A program made the translations under genes and the position numbers. Shown in pieces: positions 13,434 through 28,605 of a stretch of DNA of 64,000 bases. The notes under the pieces were generated by a model that was not told the DNA's origin, ran no database searches, and saw only the letters and a list, made by a program, of their open reading frames with translations. The stretch lies in the NCBI GenBank assembly GCA_964016885.1, contig CAXHJY010001315.1:25251-89250 (forward strand), in the 5' to 3' direction. Origin of the DNA: Eledone cirrhosa. Lineage: Eukaryota. Positions within the stretch are counted from its first letter, which is position 1, and each line of letters opens with the position of its first letter.

Positions 13434-13700
13434 AAGTTATATTTAAAATTGTTGGGTTACAACTAGTAAATATTTATAACTGATATAAAAGCACTCGACA
13501 AATATTTGGAGTATATTTACAATATTAAATAAATGGAAAACTATATTTATAAAACCATATTTATTTCATTATATATATTTCGGGGATATCATATTAACAA
13601 TATGCTATGCCTTCATCAGACAAAATACAATATAAACAGTTTTATAGATAAATATATTCGACATACCGTAATAAACATCAAGTTCATTTGAAGAGGTTTA
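13430..13700 (-). mobile_element. Family B HHR element (single arm)
   Basis: Near-identical to 2327-2595. HHR at 13562-13627 with canonical CUGAUGA. Confidence 0.85.
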
Positions 13701-13881
13701 CTCTAGCAGTGAAAATACAGAGAGAAAGAAAGAGAGAGAGAAAAGAGGGAAATAAGAAAGAGAGAAAGACAAAACGAAGAAAAGGAAGAAAAAGAAGAAA
13801 AAGAAAAAGAAGAAATGCATGGGACAAAATAGAGAGATGGAAAAATAGATAAAGCGAAGAGCTTCATGTAAAGAGACAGAA

Positions 13882-13959
<78 letters not shown>

Positions 13960-14139
13960 AAACTTATCTACGGAACAGGTTTGATTTTGAAATTTAAATG
14001 TGTCTAAACATCATAGCCATTTAGCAATGCAGTTCGTCTTTGTTGATTTATTATTTTAAATCGATATGGACAAACTGTAGTATAATAATTAGTATACTTC
14101 ATTCTGGCTAAATTTTCTTTTGCAATATAAATACAGATG

Positions 14140-14715
<576 letters not shown>

Positions 14716-14723
14716 GTATATAT

Positions 14724-14856
<133 letters not shown>

Positions 14857-14868
14857 TACATATATACA

Positions 14869-14934
<66 letters not shown>

Positions 14935-14984
14935 TACATACACATATATATCGGGTTAGGGGTCAGGCTTACATACACACATAT

Positions 14985-15461
14985 ACAACAAAAACGACAA
15001 CAACAACCACAAAAACAACAACTATAACAACAAAAAACCACAACAAAAACAACAGTAATAACAACAACAACAACAACAAAACCAACATCAACGACAATGA
15101 CAGTAACAACAACATCAACGATGACAACAACAAAAGCAACGACGACAACAACATCAACAACGTGTTGGTGCTGGACGGGAGGTAACTACGTTAGCTCGAC
15201 ATGTTTTGTTTTAGTGTTTGGGTTATCTTGGCTTGGCTTGGCTTGTTGACTTCTGTCGTATGCTTGTGACGAGTTTAAAGACAGGACACAGATTACAAAT
15301 GGTGATGGCGTTGGCCCGGGGGGTCGGGCGGTCAGACAGTCAGCCAGATAGACGACATGAGCAAGGGCGAGAAAGATTGATGGTGGCAAGTAACATGCGG
15401 GCTAAAGTTACAACTACAGCTACTGTGTACACTACAACAACAATAACAGCAATAACTACTA

Positions 15462-15509
<48 letters not shown>

Positions 15510-15660
15510 CCGCTACTTCTGCTGCTGCTACTACAATAACAACAACTACTACTACTGCTACTACTGCTGCTACTGCTGCTGCTGCTACTACTACTACTAC
15601 TACTACTACTGCTACTACTGCTGCTACTACTACTACTACTACATAAACAATAAAACACAT
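14985..15660. repeat. (AAC)n and (ACT/GCT)n trinucleotide low-complexity tracts
   Basis: Direct reading of the sequence. Confidence 0.85.
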
Positions 15661-15677
15661 CAACAACAATAGTAATA

Positions 15678-15845
15678 ATTGTTTCTACTTAGGCACAAGG
15701 CCAGCAATTACCCAGTGCATTACTGGTACTTTATTTTATCGACCCCGTAAGGATGAAAGGCAAAGTCAACCTCGGCGGGATTTGAACTCAGATCGTAAAG
15801 GGACGTAACTCTATGCTGGAAAGCATGGCGTCCGACCCTCTACCA
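15678..15845 (-). mobile_element. tRNA-derived SINE with Meta-like central domain
   Basis: Minus strand B box GAGTTCAAATCC followed by GACTTTGCCTTTCATCCTTACGGGGTCGATAAAATAAAGTACC. Confidence 0.85.
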
Positions 15846-16024
15846 AAGAATGTTGTTGATGACAATGATATTGATGATGCTGCTGCTGATGATGATGATG
15901 TTGATGATGATGATGACGATGATGCTGATGGTTTCCTGTATTCGCCACAAGGGCGCCAGATAAAGGAAGCATTACCAAGGACAGTAACTACAACAACAAC
16001 AACAACAACCATAGTAATAATAAT

Positions 16025-16216
16025 AATTGTTTCTACTTAGGCACAAGGCCAGCAATTACCCAGTGTGTGCATTACTGGTACTTTATTTTATCGACCCCGT
16101 AAGGATGAAAGGCAAAGTTAACCTCGGCGGGATTTGAACTCAGATCGTAAAGGGACGTAACTATGCTGGAAAGCATGGCGCCAGACTCTCTACTGATACT
16201 GCCAATCCACCGCCAT
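16025..16216 (-). mobile_element. tRNA-derived SINE, full length
   Basis: A box TGGCAGTATCAG, B box, Meta-like domain, (AAT)-rich tail. Confidence 0.88.
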
Positions 16217-16979
16217 CTAATAATAATAATAATGTAGGCTGCATGTATAAGACTAGTATGTATGTGTCCCAATGTCGGGGACACGTAAGGTGAATGGAAG
16301 AGCGACAGGATGTGTGAGGAAGGGAGGTAATCACAGATAAAATAGATGACCATGACAGAACACAATAAAGAGAAAGTAAAAAATAAAAATAAATAACAGC
16401 GTAATTTCAAAATAGAAAAATAAAAATAAAATAGAAATAAAATAATATAAAATAAAATAATATAAAATAATGTAATATAAAATAATATAAAATAAAATAA
16501 TAAATAAATTAACGTGAAATTCCATGAATGGTGAAGAACAACAACAAATGTATGATATATGTGTGTATGTATGTGTTTGTGCGTGAGTGTGTACATGTTA
16601 TTATGTATATATATGTGTGTGTGTGTACGTGTACATATATGCATGTATGTCTCTCTCTTTCTCTCTCTATATGTATATACATATATATATATATATATAT
16701 ACACAAATATATATATATATACATATACACACACACATATATATGCATATATATATACATATATATACATATATATATACATATACATATATATATATAC
16801 ATATATATATGTATATGTATATATATATGTATATATATGTATATATATATGCATATATATGTGTGTATATGTATATATATATATATTTGTGTATATATAC
16901 ATATATGTATATACATATACAGAGAGAAAGAGAGAGACATACATGCATATATGTACACGTACATATATATATATGTATG

Positions 16980-17021
<42 letters not shown>

Positions 17022-17110
17022 TACAAACATACATACATACACACATATATATATATATATTTATATATATGTGTGTGTGTGTGTGTATATATACATATAC
17101 ATACATACAT

Positions 17111-17162
<52 letters not shown>

Positions 17163-17717
17163 AGAATGAGCGCGAAAGAGAGAATAGGATGAAGAATAGA
17201 TGACATTGGGGAAAGAAAGAAAAAAAGAAAGAAAGAAAGAACGAAGAACAGAAGAGAAGAAGAAAAAAATTGAAACGCAAAACGAAAAAAACATTGCAAA
17301 AACATATATACATTAGAAAAAAAAACATTACATGAAACTACTGAAACTACATGGATTAGAGATAATGAGTTGGATGATGTAGTTGGGACAGAAGAAGAAA
17401 AAAGAAGGGGAGAGAATTGCTTGATAGTAGAAGATATGTCAGAGCACGATGAGGAGGAAGCTACTGTCAATTAAAGGCTGACATATTTACCGTTTTCGTA
17501 TTGAGTGTCGCTTCCTTCATGTTATTTATATCAGACCACAAAGAAATGAACGAGCTAATAGTTTTGATGTATCCCAAGTTATACTTTTCCTTATTGTTCA
17601 AGAGCCCAGCACAACAATGTTTTATTATTTTGGATTTTGGATTTTGGTTTAGTCCAGAGAATGTCTCTACTAAACAGTAATACTACGAAGAAAGTAAGTT
17701 GTGTATACACACACATG

Positions 17718-17802
<85 letters not shown>

Positions 17803-17840
17803 CTATCTATATCTCTCTCTTTGTATATATATATAGAGAT

Positions 17841-17897
<57 letters not shown>

Positions 17898-18003
17898 TAT
17901 ATACGTATATATATATGTATATATATATATATATAATTATTTTTATTATTATTGTTATTGAAATGATGATGATGATCGTCATCATCAGCATCAGCCTCAT
18001 CAC

Positions 18004-18037
<34 letters not shown>

Positions 18038-18734
18038 TTAGCAGAGTTTGCAGAGTGAACCAAGATAATTGAAGTAATCGTTGCTGATTTAATGCTGCAG
18101 TTAATGGAAGCTCTGTGAGAATTGTGAGGGTGTGTTTCGACCGCCTAGATTAATTTAGTGTCAAATTTATTTTTATATTCTTCTTCTCTTTTTTAAAAGT
18201 TATTGCTCTTGTCTTTCTGAGTTTGCGGCACAACACCACAAATTTATACGGGTGAGAAGTCAGAGGTTCCTGTGTAACTTTGATGCAATTCTCATGAGGC
18301 TTAACTACATAAATGTATGGTTATTGGTGCTGTCGCTGTTATGGCTACAATTTATAATGCCAAAGAGGACGGCCGATGGCTTAGCAGAAATTGTAAGGCA
18401 TTGGGTTGAATTGACTCAAATCTTTAGTTTTGTCTTTCTAATGTGAAATGAAGCCTAGATTTTCTATGTGAATCACATGATCAAATTCGACGAAATATTG
18501 TAAGAATTTTTATGCAAAATTTACCGTAATTAGACGAAAAAGGATTTTGTTAAATATAGACAATGAAGTCTGCGTTGTTCGTTGAAACAATCAATAAATT
18601 TTATTGAGTCGTCTAAAGTTGAATGTGTGTTACTTTAAGGTGCAGTCTATCTGGTAATCTACATTTTAGCGTGTGCTTTACCTGGATATTTACAATTGCT
18701 TTTGTGGTTTATCTCAACAACTAAAACTAAAACA

Positions 18735-18940
18735 GACCCTAACCCCCAAAACCAAACTCAACCCTAACCTTAACCCCAAACTTTACCTTAACATTAATCC
18801 TAACCTTAACCCTAATCCTAACCCTAATTCTGAAACTGACCTTAACCCCAACCTTAACCCTAACGCCAACCATAAAGTTTACCCCAACCTTAGCCCTAAC
18901 CCTAATCCTTACCCTAGATTTTTACCCTGACCCTAACCCT
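18735..18940. repeat. Degenerate (CCCTAA)n telomere-like hexamer tract
   Basis: About 30 imperfect AACCCT/AACCTT/AATCCT units. Confidence 0.75.
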
Positions 18941-19350
18941 GTCCCAGTAGGGAGATCAGATCATTACCCAATGTAAACTTCTGATACTGTAGTAAAGGAA
19001 AAGTTAACTCACACCATCAATTTTATTTTGACTACTTAAAATATTCACAAAGAGAAACAGGGAGTTGATTATATTGACATCGGTATATCACAAATGTTTT
19101 CCATATCTTAACTCCAGGACATGAAAGGTAATGATAACCAGATTTGAAATTGAGCTCAGAATATAAGTAAAATCAATATATATTTAGCTCAATACTTAAC
19201 ATTAATTGTTTCTATTGATATGCGTGTCAGATCATTTTAAACAAGCAGCGAGTATTTTACTCAATGAAAATTTCAAATAAACACTCCTGGCTAGAAAACA
19301 TAGCACAGCTTATAACAATTATATAAATACATATATACACACACATATCA

Positions 19351-19470
19351 AAACGGCTTGAGCTCTGCGGTCGAGGTCATACTTTTTCCTATTATCCACT
19401 CTACTACCCTAAGTATTGAGTACTCTGGGGCGTTATGGTCCATCTGCTTTCTTACCACAACTCCTTCGTT
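19351..19470 (+). mobile_element. Family D element
   Basis: AAACGGCTTGAGCTC... tail ending CCTTCGTTA(TA)n. Confidence 0.7.
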
Positions 19471-19500
19471 ATATATATATATATATATATTTCTCCTTCG

Positions 19501-19546
<46 letters not shown>

Positions 19547-19926
19547 GTTTACATATATATAAAGTCATAGATATATATGTGTTTTGCAACGGGTCACGTT
19601 GTGGCTCAATGAAGAATTAATAAATTAAATAATCAGAGCTATATATCATAAAACATGTCTATAGAATCACTAGATAAAATATATACCGTTTCTTCTCCCA
19701 ATTAGCATAATTAACCATATAAACAATCAATTAGACCAAGCTATAAGAATAAAGACTCCTATGAAGAAATCTCCGACAAATAACCGAAAGCAGCCCATTT
19801 CGCGGCGGTTACGACGGAGTATTTATCGAACATTTCGACAGCATGTATAAATCGACCAGATATACAGTCAACTAAACACAATTAGGTGTAAAATAAACTA
19901 AGAAGAAACGTATACATATTTAATTA

Positions 19927-20002
19927 CCTCTACCATGGTTTCGTCCGTATTTTAAGACATCCGATAACAAGGGACATCCAGAGCTTCGGATTCATCAGGA
20001 GT
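19927..20002 (-). ncRNA. Hammerhead ribozyme with long stem II, in a ~710-bp insert between (TA)n tracts (19542-20253)
   Basis: Minus strand CUC-CUGAUGA-aUCCG...CGGAc-GAAA-CCAUGG-UA-GAG. Confidence 0.75.
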
Positions 20003-20277
20003 TAGCTCAAATTTAGACAATTAATTTTCCAAAGTGATCGCGCCAAGAATACATTCAAAAATGGCTAAGAATCGTGACGTGGCAGCGGTCAAGTTAGAAA
20101 GGATGTGATTAGTTGCTTACGGCTGGTAGGCTTATTGCTAGAAAGCGCAGCCCAATACAGGTTAGGTTGAGATACAATTTAGCTGTATTGTGCTGCGCTT
20201 TCTAGCAATAAGTGTAACTAAGTGGACTGCCTATAACGATAACCTGTTATCCTGTATATATATATATATATATATAC

Positions 20278-20497
20278 ATTTATTAAAATAACAGAATAAA
20301 GTTTAAGCAAAGAATCGCTGCTTTCACCCTTAGTTAGTTTCAGAAGATCCCGTTAAGGGTGAAAGCAGCGATTCTTTGCTTAAATTTCAATCTGTTATTT
20401 TAATAAATATTTGCTCTACGGTTCTTATATATTTGATATATATTTATCCTTATCGAGCCCTCTTTGGATTTTAGTCTTCAAATTTATTATTATTACT
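20278..20497. mobile_element. Family H HHR-like element with short inverted arm
   Basis: 20278-20330 is inverted relative to 20355-20410. Core CAGAAGA-UCC..GGGU-GAAA-GCA...UGC-UU. Homologues at 28812-28935 and 39570-39640. Confidence 0.7.
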
Positions 20498-21055
20498 ATA
20501 TATATACATATATATATATATATACATACATGTATATGTATATGTATGTATATTCTTGTGAAGTGAACCTCTTGACCACAAAGTTATGCTTGAATCTAAT
20601 AGTGTGAAAAATTATACTCATATACGTAGCAGAATTTCTCAACATGAAATAGATGCTCGCATACAACATTATTACAAATGAAATTTCCTTTTGTTATTGC
20701 ACTGTTTAAATAATTGTTATGAACCCAACAACTGTTTGAAATCATAAGAAGACAAATATGTAATTCTCCTGAGAATATTATGTTAGTGGTTCAGTAAAGA
20801 GTTAGCTCCGTTGTCTTAAACCTTCAACACATCTATCGTATACAATTGCACTCCTCTTTACTGATTAACTATTTCGCTGCAAGCTTATTAAGTCCTCAGT
20901 GTTCGGGAATGGCATGCGAGATTTTGGTTCTATAAACAAAAACTAATTGATTTAGAAAGGGCCTTTATACTAGTTTCGCGAATATGCTGAAACAAGAAAA
21001 CAATGAGATAAATTGTATATATAATTCTATTTATTATTTAATTCTTTAATTAAGA

Positions 21056-21243
21056 GTAGTGGATTGGCAGTATCGGCGAAGGGTCGGACGCCATGTTTTG
21101 CAATACAGAGTTACGGCCCTTTATGGCCTGAGTTCAAATCCCGCCGAAGTTAACTTTGCCTTGCATCCTTAAGACGTCGATAAAATAAAATACCAGTAAT
21201 GCACTGGGATAATTGCTGGCCTTGTGCCAAAAGTAGAAACAAT
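21056..21243 (+). mobile_element. tRNA-derived SINE
   Basis: A box, B box and Meta-like domain. Confidence 0.85.
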
Positions 21244-21800
21244 TATTTAATTCTTTAATTCTTACTTGTATTATTTAGTCTAGATATATAGACAATCAGT
21301 AAAATACTAGTATCGAGTCTTCTCTCTAAATCAGCGACGTTATGCCATAAGAAGGATCATATCAAACCAAATACAGCCTAAATTTATATTCAGGTAGAGG
21401 TTTACGTAGCAGGCTAACAAACACTTTTCAATGACATCCAAAGGTGCAGTACACTGCACAACGGAAACAAAGGAGAAATTGTTTGGGGAATTTTGTTAAA
21501 TGATGCAGAAGTATTAGTATATTTTCCCGGGGCAAATATATATATTTTCGACAAGATAACGCCATATAATTTCAGGGATGAATTTATAAAAGAACAAGTA
21601 TAAACCAGCCTTGGATATGCAGAATTTTGGGCTTCAGATCAAGATTGCAATATCGTTTTCAAACAGGACCTTTTTATCTAAGGCCTGTATACGTCCCTTG
21701 TTTAACCGCCAGAAGGACGATGGGGTATAATTGGTTTGTATTGAATATTACCATATACCTATTAATCTCTGCTATGGTATTAAACGTATATATATGTGTG

Positions 21801-21924
<124 letters not shown>

Positions 21925-22008
21925 CACACTCAGACACAGACATATGTGTATATATCCATGTATATAATATGAATGTACATTCATATATGCATCTCTCTCT
22001 CTATATAT

Positions 22009-22134
<126 letters not shown>

Positions 22135-22147
22135 CAGAGAGAGAGAT

Positions 22148-22210
<63 letters not shown>

Positions 22211-22584
22211 TACACATATATATATATATATATACTCATATACATATACATACATATACATATATACATACACGCCTTTTCTACTAAATCCTGTGTTCTC
22301 TCTTTGTTCGGACATAAATTACGGTTGAACATGAAAATCATATAAGAGGGGAGAAAAAAACACCTCCTTTCCTGAAGATGGATTATCATGTCTGATGATT
22401 GAGGCTTAACTAAAAATAATGATGGACATCTCCTGAAACTCATTCGCTTAATTGCTTTACGTCTTCTTCAATTTCCTTCTTTCAGTGATCGCTCGTTCCT
22501 CTCCTTTACACCTTCCTTACAGATTCTTCACGACAGTCTCTCCAGATTTTTTCTCCCGAAACAACCGATTTTCGTCTTTGTTAA

Positions 22585-22640
<56 letters not shown>

Positions 22641-22876
22641 GTGTATATATATATATATGTGTGTGTATATATATATGTGTGTGTGTGTATATATTTACTG
22701 TTGTTGTTTTGTTGTTGCCGTCGGAGTTAGGGGTGACGGTAGTGTTGATGGTGGTGGTTAGGTGGTAGTGGTGGTGGTCATGGTGGTGGTGGTGGTAGTG
22801 GTGGTTGTAATGGTAGAGATGATTGTGTGTTGGAGTTGTGACTGTTGTTGTTTGTATGTATATATATATGTATACT

Positions 22877-22921
<45 letters not shown>

Positions 22922-23159
22922 TATATAAGTACACATATATATATATTTATATATATATATCTGTATATATACGCACACATACACACGTACGTTCACTCAC
23001 ATTGCTACCGCCACGACAGCGCCGTCTAGTGTCTCACCAAGAGGAAAGACAACTTGAACATAGTTAAAGAAACTCTTGGCTATTCGCCCTTCAAAAGCTC
23101 CTATTAGTAAATAGCTAAGGACCCAAATTACCTGCCGAGACCGTCAGGACACAACCTCA

Positions 23160-23465
23160 GCGCCGCACAATTTCTCCCCCATTTTTTCTGGCAGTGTTTG
23201 GGGGAAGGGTTTTTTGGGGAGTTTGTTATTTTTTCCTATTTTTATTCTTTAATATTGATCACCAGCAGCAGTAAAAGCGGCAGCAACAACAGCAGCAAAA
23301 GCAGCAGCAACTGCAGTAGTAGCAGTGCCGCTCGACTTCACCTCCATCTTTTCTTGTTGGGGTTGGAAGAAGGGTTTCTATTTTGTTTCATTTGGGCTTT
23401 TTATTTTTTTTATTTTCTTCCATTTTTTGTTGTTTAATGTTGATCAACAGCAGCAGCAACATCAG

Positions 23466-23497
<32 letters not shown>

Positions 23498-23651
23498 GCA
23501 GAAGCAGCGCCGCCCAAATTCTCCTCCATTTTTCCTAGCAGGGGTTGGAAAAAGGGTTTCTTTTTTGTTTCGTTTGGGCATTTTTTTTTATTTTTTATTT
23601 TCTTTAATCTTAATCAGCAGCAGCAGTAGCAGTAGTAGCAGCAGCAGCAAC

Positions 23652-23680
<29 letters not shown>
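23160..23680. repeat. Three diverged ~170-bp tandem units, each ending in a (CAG)n tract
   Basis: GCCGC...CTCC..ATTTT...GGGG..GGAAGGGTTT recurs at ~23161, ~23327 and ~23507. Confidence 0.6.
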
Positions 23681-23684
<4 letters not shown>

Positions 23685-24227
23685 CCCACCCGTACGAGAA
23701 ATGAAATTAGAGCTAAGTTGGATAAATCAAATCGTGTAAGCGTTTGATCAGGTAGGAAGCGATTCCAGTGGGAAAGAATAACGTTAACTGTATCATCGTA
23801 ACAAGCAAATGTAATGTTCAGAGACTGAAGTGTTAGCTTGCTGTTTACTGTTCTTCTCGTCTGTTTTGGAATCTGAGCACGTCCCATGATGTGATGAGCT
23901 CACCCCCAACCAACCACCACTCCCGTCTCCTTCCTTTTCTTTTCTTTTCTTTTCTTTTCTTTTCTTTCCTTCTTTACGCCTTTCGCCCTTCGCTCCCATC
24001 AACGTTTTCTTCTCATCTAACCACTCCTTCCTACCACCCATTCCCTACTAACCAGCTCGTTTCTAGCTGCTGTAACAGTGCTTTGCGCGGAGGTTAAGGC
24101 GTTTTCTGGACAACACATGATTAACTGGACGACAAGTAAACGAGGTCTAGCTATGTCTAGCTTAAATTCTTGCTGGGATAGGCTTGTTTCTCTCTGTCTC
24201 TTGTCTTACCACTACACGCTCCCTCAT

Positions 24228-24294
<67 letters not shown>

Positions 24295-24514
24295 GCTCTC
24301 GCTCTCTCTTTCTCTCGCGCCATCTCTCTCTCTCTCTCTCTACCTTCTCCCTATGTATATTTGTAAACTATCATAGTCATCACAAAAGATTTTACGTCGA
24401 AAATACTAGCTTAGTCAGCTTACATACATCATGTGATACAAGATTATTCTGAAGTATATATATATATATATATATATGCTTTAGTCTCATTCTATCCATC
24501 TATTATCACTCTCG

Positions 24515-24550
<36 letters not shown>

Positions 24551-24554
24551 CTTC

Positions 24555-24651
<97 letters not shown>

Positions 24652-24653
24652 TA

Positions 24654-24684
<31 letters not shown>

Positions 24685-24685
<1 letters not shown>

Positions 24686-24890
24686 AACAATGTGTTATAT
24701 GCTTTGTTGATTATTCAACAAAGTTAATTTTACAACAGATTAGAAGCACTCTACAAATTTTATCTGGACTATCATTAATATTAAGAATATTAATAAATGG
24801 AAAATATCTTTAAAAAAAACATATTTATTTTATTATACGTATTTCAAGGGTACAAATATTTAAGTACGCTATCGTCAGATAAAATATAAT
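24685..24890 (-). mobile_element. B/E-related HHR element (HHR ~24826-24886)
   Basis: Minus strand UUUUAU-CUGACGA...GUAC..GUAC...GAAA-UACGUA-UA-AUAAAA. GAGTGCTT motif, 3' end in (TA)n. Confidence 0.7.
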
Positions 24891-24987
24891 ATTTGTATAA
24901 TAGATACTGACATTTCATCATGTGGACTTAATGGTATAAGCCCAATTAGCGATTGAAAAATTCAAAATTCAAGGGATATATATTAAT

Positions 24988-25175
24988 AGTTTCTACTTTT
25001 GGCACAAGGCCAGCAATTATCCCAGTACATTACTGGTACTTTATGTTATCGACCCCCGTAAGGATGAAAGGCAAAGTTAACCTAGGCGGGATTTGAACTC
25101 AGAACATAAAGGGGCGTAACTCTATGCTTCAAAGCATGGCGTCCGACTCTCTACCGATACTGCCAATCCACCGCC
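24988..25175 (-). mobile_element. tRNA-derived SINE, full length
   Basis: Same family as 16025-16216. Confidence 0.87.
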
Positions 25176-25316
25176 AAGGGATATATATTAATGAGGGTAC
25201 GTTAAACCTGAAAAAAACAAGAATATATATGTAGAGAATAAAGAAATACGAAGATAAGATGAAAAAGTCCTTATTAATATTTTTACAGTATATATATTTA
25301 TATATATATATATATC

Positions 25317-25351
<35 letters not shown>

Positions 25352-25379
25352 ATATATATCCCATATATATATATATATA

Positions 25380-25562
25380 CGTTATTCCCGGTTGAGTCGG
25401 AGGTAACCACAGTAAGTAAGGTACTCAATACATTGCAGAGTATAAAAGTTTTAATATAGATGAGATTCTACAGGACTAGAACTGTTTCATTCTTTAGAAA
25501 TCATCAGGATGACTCGTAAAGAATGAAACAGTTCTAGTCCTGTAGAATCTCATCTATATTAA

Positions 25563-25566
<4 letters not shown>
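25380..25566. mobile_element. Family C HHR element, head-to-head arms
   Basis: Minus arm 25380-25507 and plus arm 25521-25566, between (TA)n tracts. Confidence 0.8.
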
Positions 25567-25613
<47 letters not shown>

Positions 25614-25829
25614 CACAGATAAATCTACCAATCAATGGTAGGGTCTAAACCGTATGTAGCACTCAATGTAATCCGGATGTAGATGTCGTGAAGCGAAGTT
25701 TAAAATACAAAATTTTTAATGATATAATTCATTGGATACAGAGTCAAAAATAGAAATCGAACCCAAGTCGTAATCATTCAGAAGTGAACCTCTTAACAAT
25801 ATTTTATGTAAAGCATCGATCTTTAGGAT

Positions 25830-26977
25830 CATACATACATACATACATGCATACATACATACATACATACATACATACATACATACATACATACATACAT
25901 ACATACATACATACATACATACATACATACATACATACATACATACATGGTGGCTGCCAACTCGTTTTCGAGTACGGCCACTACTTTATATCCATGTAGG
26001 AGAACCCCTACCGATGCGCTGAACAAGTGTGACTTTTTAGTCCAGCCAGCGACTTGAAAACTCTGGTACAAACACTACACCTGTGCCAATTATTTACACA
26101 TAGTGCTGGGCCCATGGTACCTTGTTACGACAAGTGCAGAGAGATCTCCAGATATAAAGCAATGCCTGTGCCGTGAATCTTTTATAGTGAGCAAAGGCAC
26201 TGCACAAAGCCAGTCCCATACATACATACATACATACATACATACATACATACATACATACATACATACATACATACATACATACATACATGATGGCTGG
26301 AAACTCTGCTAAGAGTATTGCAATCGCTTGTCTGATTGAGATATGTGACGCTCGGATATGGCTTTTTAAGTCGGCTAGAGACTTGCACTCCTTCATACTG
26401 ACGGCAACTATGGATCTTCCTGGCATCGGGTCTTACATCAGGTTGCCTGTGAACCTTCACAATACCGTGGAGATCATAGTTCACTGGTTCTCTTTTAACA
26501 TGGCAGAGACTATGGCTCCTGAGACCAGATTTGCTCAAGCAAATTTTTCCACACTCAGGGCACTTCAATTCAATGGAGACACATACATACATACATGGTG
26601 GCTGCCAACTCGTTTCCGAGTACGGCCACTACTTTATATCCATGTAGGAGAACCCCTACCGATGCGCTGAACAAGTGTGACTTTTTAGTCCAGCCAGCGA
26701 CTTGAAAACTCTGGTACAAACACTACACTTGTGACAATTATTGACACATAGTGCTGGGCCCATGGTACCATGTGACGACAAGTGCAGAGAGATCTCCAGA
26801 TATAAAGCAATGCCTGTGCCGTGAAGCTTATATAGTGAGCAAAAGCACTGCACAAAGCCAGTCCCACTCTCTTAAACAAGATGATATTTACCAAAAAGAA
26901 GAACAAGTCAACATCATTGGATACCATCAGGGTTGCAGGTGTTATATCAGAGTTTTCCTTCTCCTAGAATACATACA

Positions 26978-27011
<34 letters not shown>

Positions 27012-27075
27012 CACACATACATACATGATGATGATGGCTGCCCCCTCGTTATCGAGTATGGCCATTGCACGATAT
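25830..27075 (-). mobile_element. Stacked 3' ends of an RTE-like LINE encoding C2H2 zinc fingers, with (ATGT)n tails
   Basis: Minus-strand CPECGKICLSKSGLRSH and CSVCTRVFKSLAGLKSH. 25948-26217 is similar to 26597-26866. Terminal hairpin CTCG-NAAA-CGAG precedes (ATGT)n. Confidence 0.7.
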
Positions 27076-27469
27076 ACCATCATTAATAATTATTAATTAA
27101 TTCTATCGTGCAACGCCTGTGCGTGAAGATATTTTTTAAAGTGAGGAAAGACAGTGCACTGAGCCAATCCGACTCTCTGAGCGACAGTAGCTATAACCCC
27201 AAAATACATACATACATACATACATGCATACATCATTAATAGACACATATATTATACCCAACGGAGAAAGCTCTACGTGGTCGCACGACTATTCAGAAAT
27301 AGCAGTGAAACCTACCTCAAATTCTGTATGTACTTTTTATTCAAAAAGAGAGAAAAACGTTTTAGATAATGTAATGTAAGATAAAATACGGCTTCAAAGA
27401 ACGGAGGGTAATATTGTCTAGACTTCCATATAATCATAGGTCTACTGGACCAGGGCTAGTCTACTGTAA

Positions 27470-27519
<50 letters not shown>

Positions 27520-27650
27520 AACAACTACTACTACTACTACTACTACTACAACTACTACTACTACTAATACTACTATCTATATGTACATATATATATATGT
27601 CTGTGTCTGTGTATGTGCGTTTCTGTATATTAGATAGGATATAGGTAGTA

Positions 27651-27734
<84 letters not shown>

Positions 27735-27857
27735 TATATAATTTTAATAGGTTTCGGCCAGCGTTGGCCCAAGTGTGTGTGTGTGTGTCTTTATATATAT
27801 ATATATATTATGGAATACTGTTGGCTTCTTGCTACAATACTTTCTATACCTTTCATT

Positions 27858-27897
<40 letters not shown>

Positions 27898-28574
27898 CTA
27901 CTAGGACTACTACTACTACTACTATGCCATAGAGGATGGTGACGATGACAACATGAGGTTGATGATGAAAAGATATTCAAAAATTGTCTGCCGCCTTTAA
28001 AATTTATGGTTATAATTATTTATACAAAAGTAATACCCTATTCTTCACAATATTTTGATTGCTGTAGACGAAAATGTCATCTCGCTTGTATAATTATTAA
28101 AGAAGATCCGTGGTAGTCTGTCTTGGCAAGATGCAATTAACTAAAAAGAAAAACAAAGAGATAAAGAAACAGTGAAACAAACAAAAAACAAGATACAGAA
28201 AGTAATGTGTATTACTATGATATGAAGAGATGAAAAACGCAATGTGTGGAAAATGGTATATTATCACTTCCTTGATTAAAGGAGAACTCATCGCTCTGCA
28301 CGAAGCTATAATCAATATTTGTTATGGCATACAAACACACATACACACATACACACACTCACACAGACACACAGACACAAACACACACACACAGATATAT
28401 ATATATATATATATATATACACGAATTTCCAACAAATTAAATACCCCTTCTATATATATATATATATCTAAATAGGAAAAAGTATACTTTTTCATATTTC
28501 CCACTCTACTACCCTAAGTATTGAGCACTTTGGTGCATTATGGTCCATCTGGTTCCTTACCACAATTCCTTTGT

Positions 28575-28604
<30 letters not shown>

Positions 28605-28605
<1 letters not shown>

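Noticed and set aside
17330-17700. Acidic peptide-like stretch and GTAAGT donor
   Set aside because: No consistent acceptor, frame or strand can be established.
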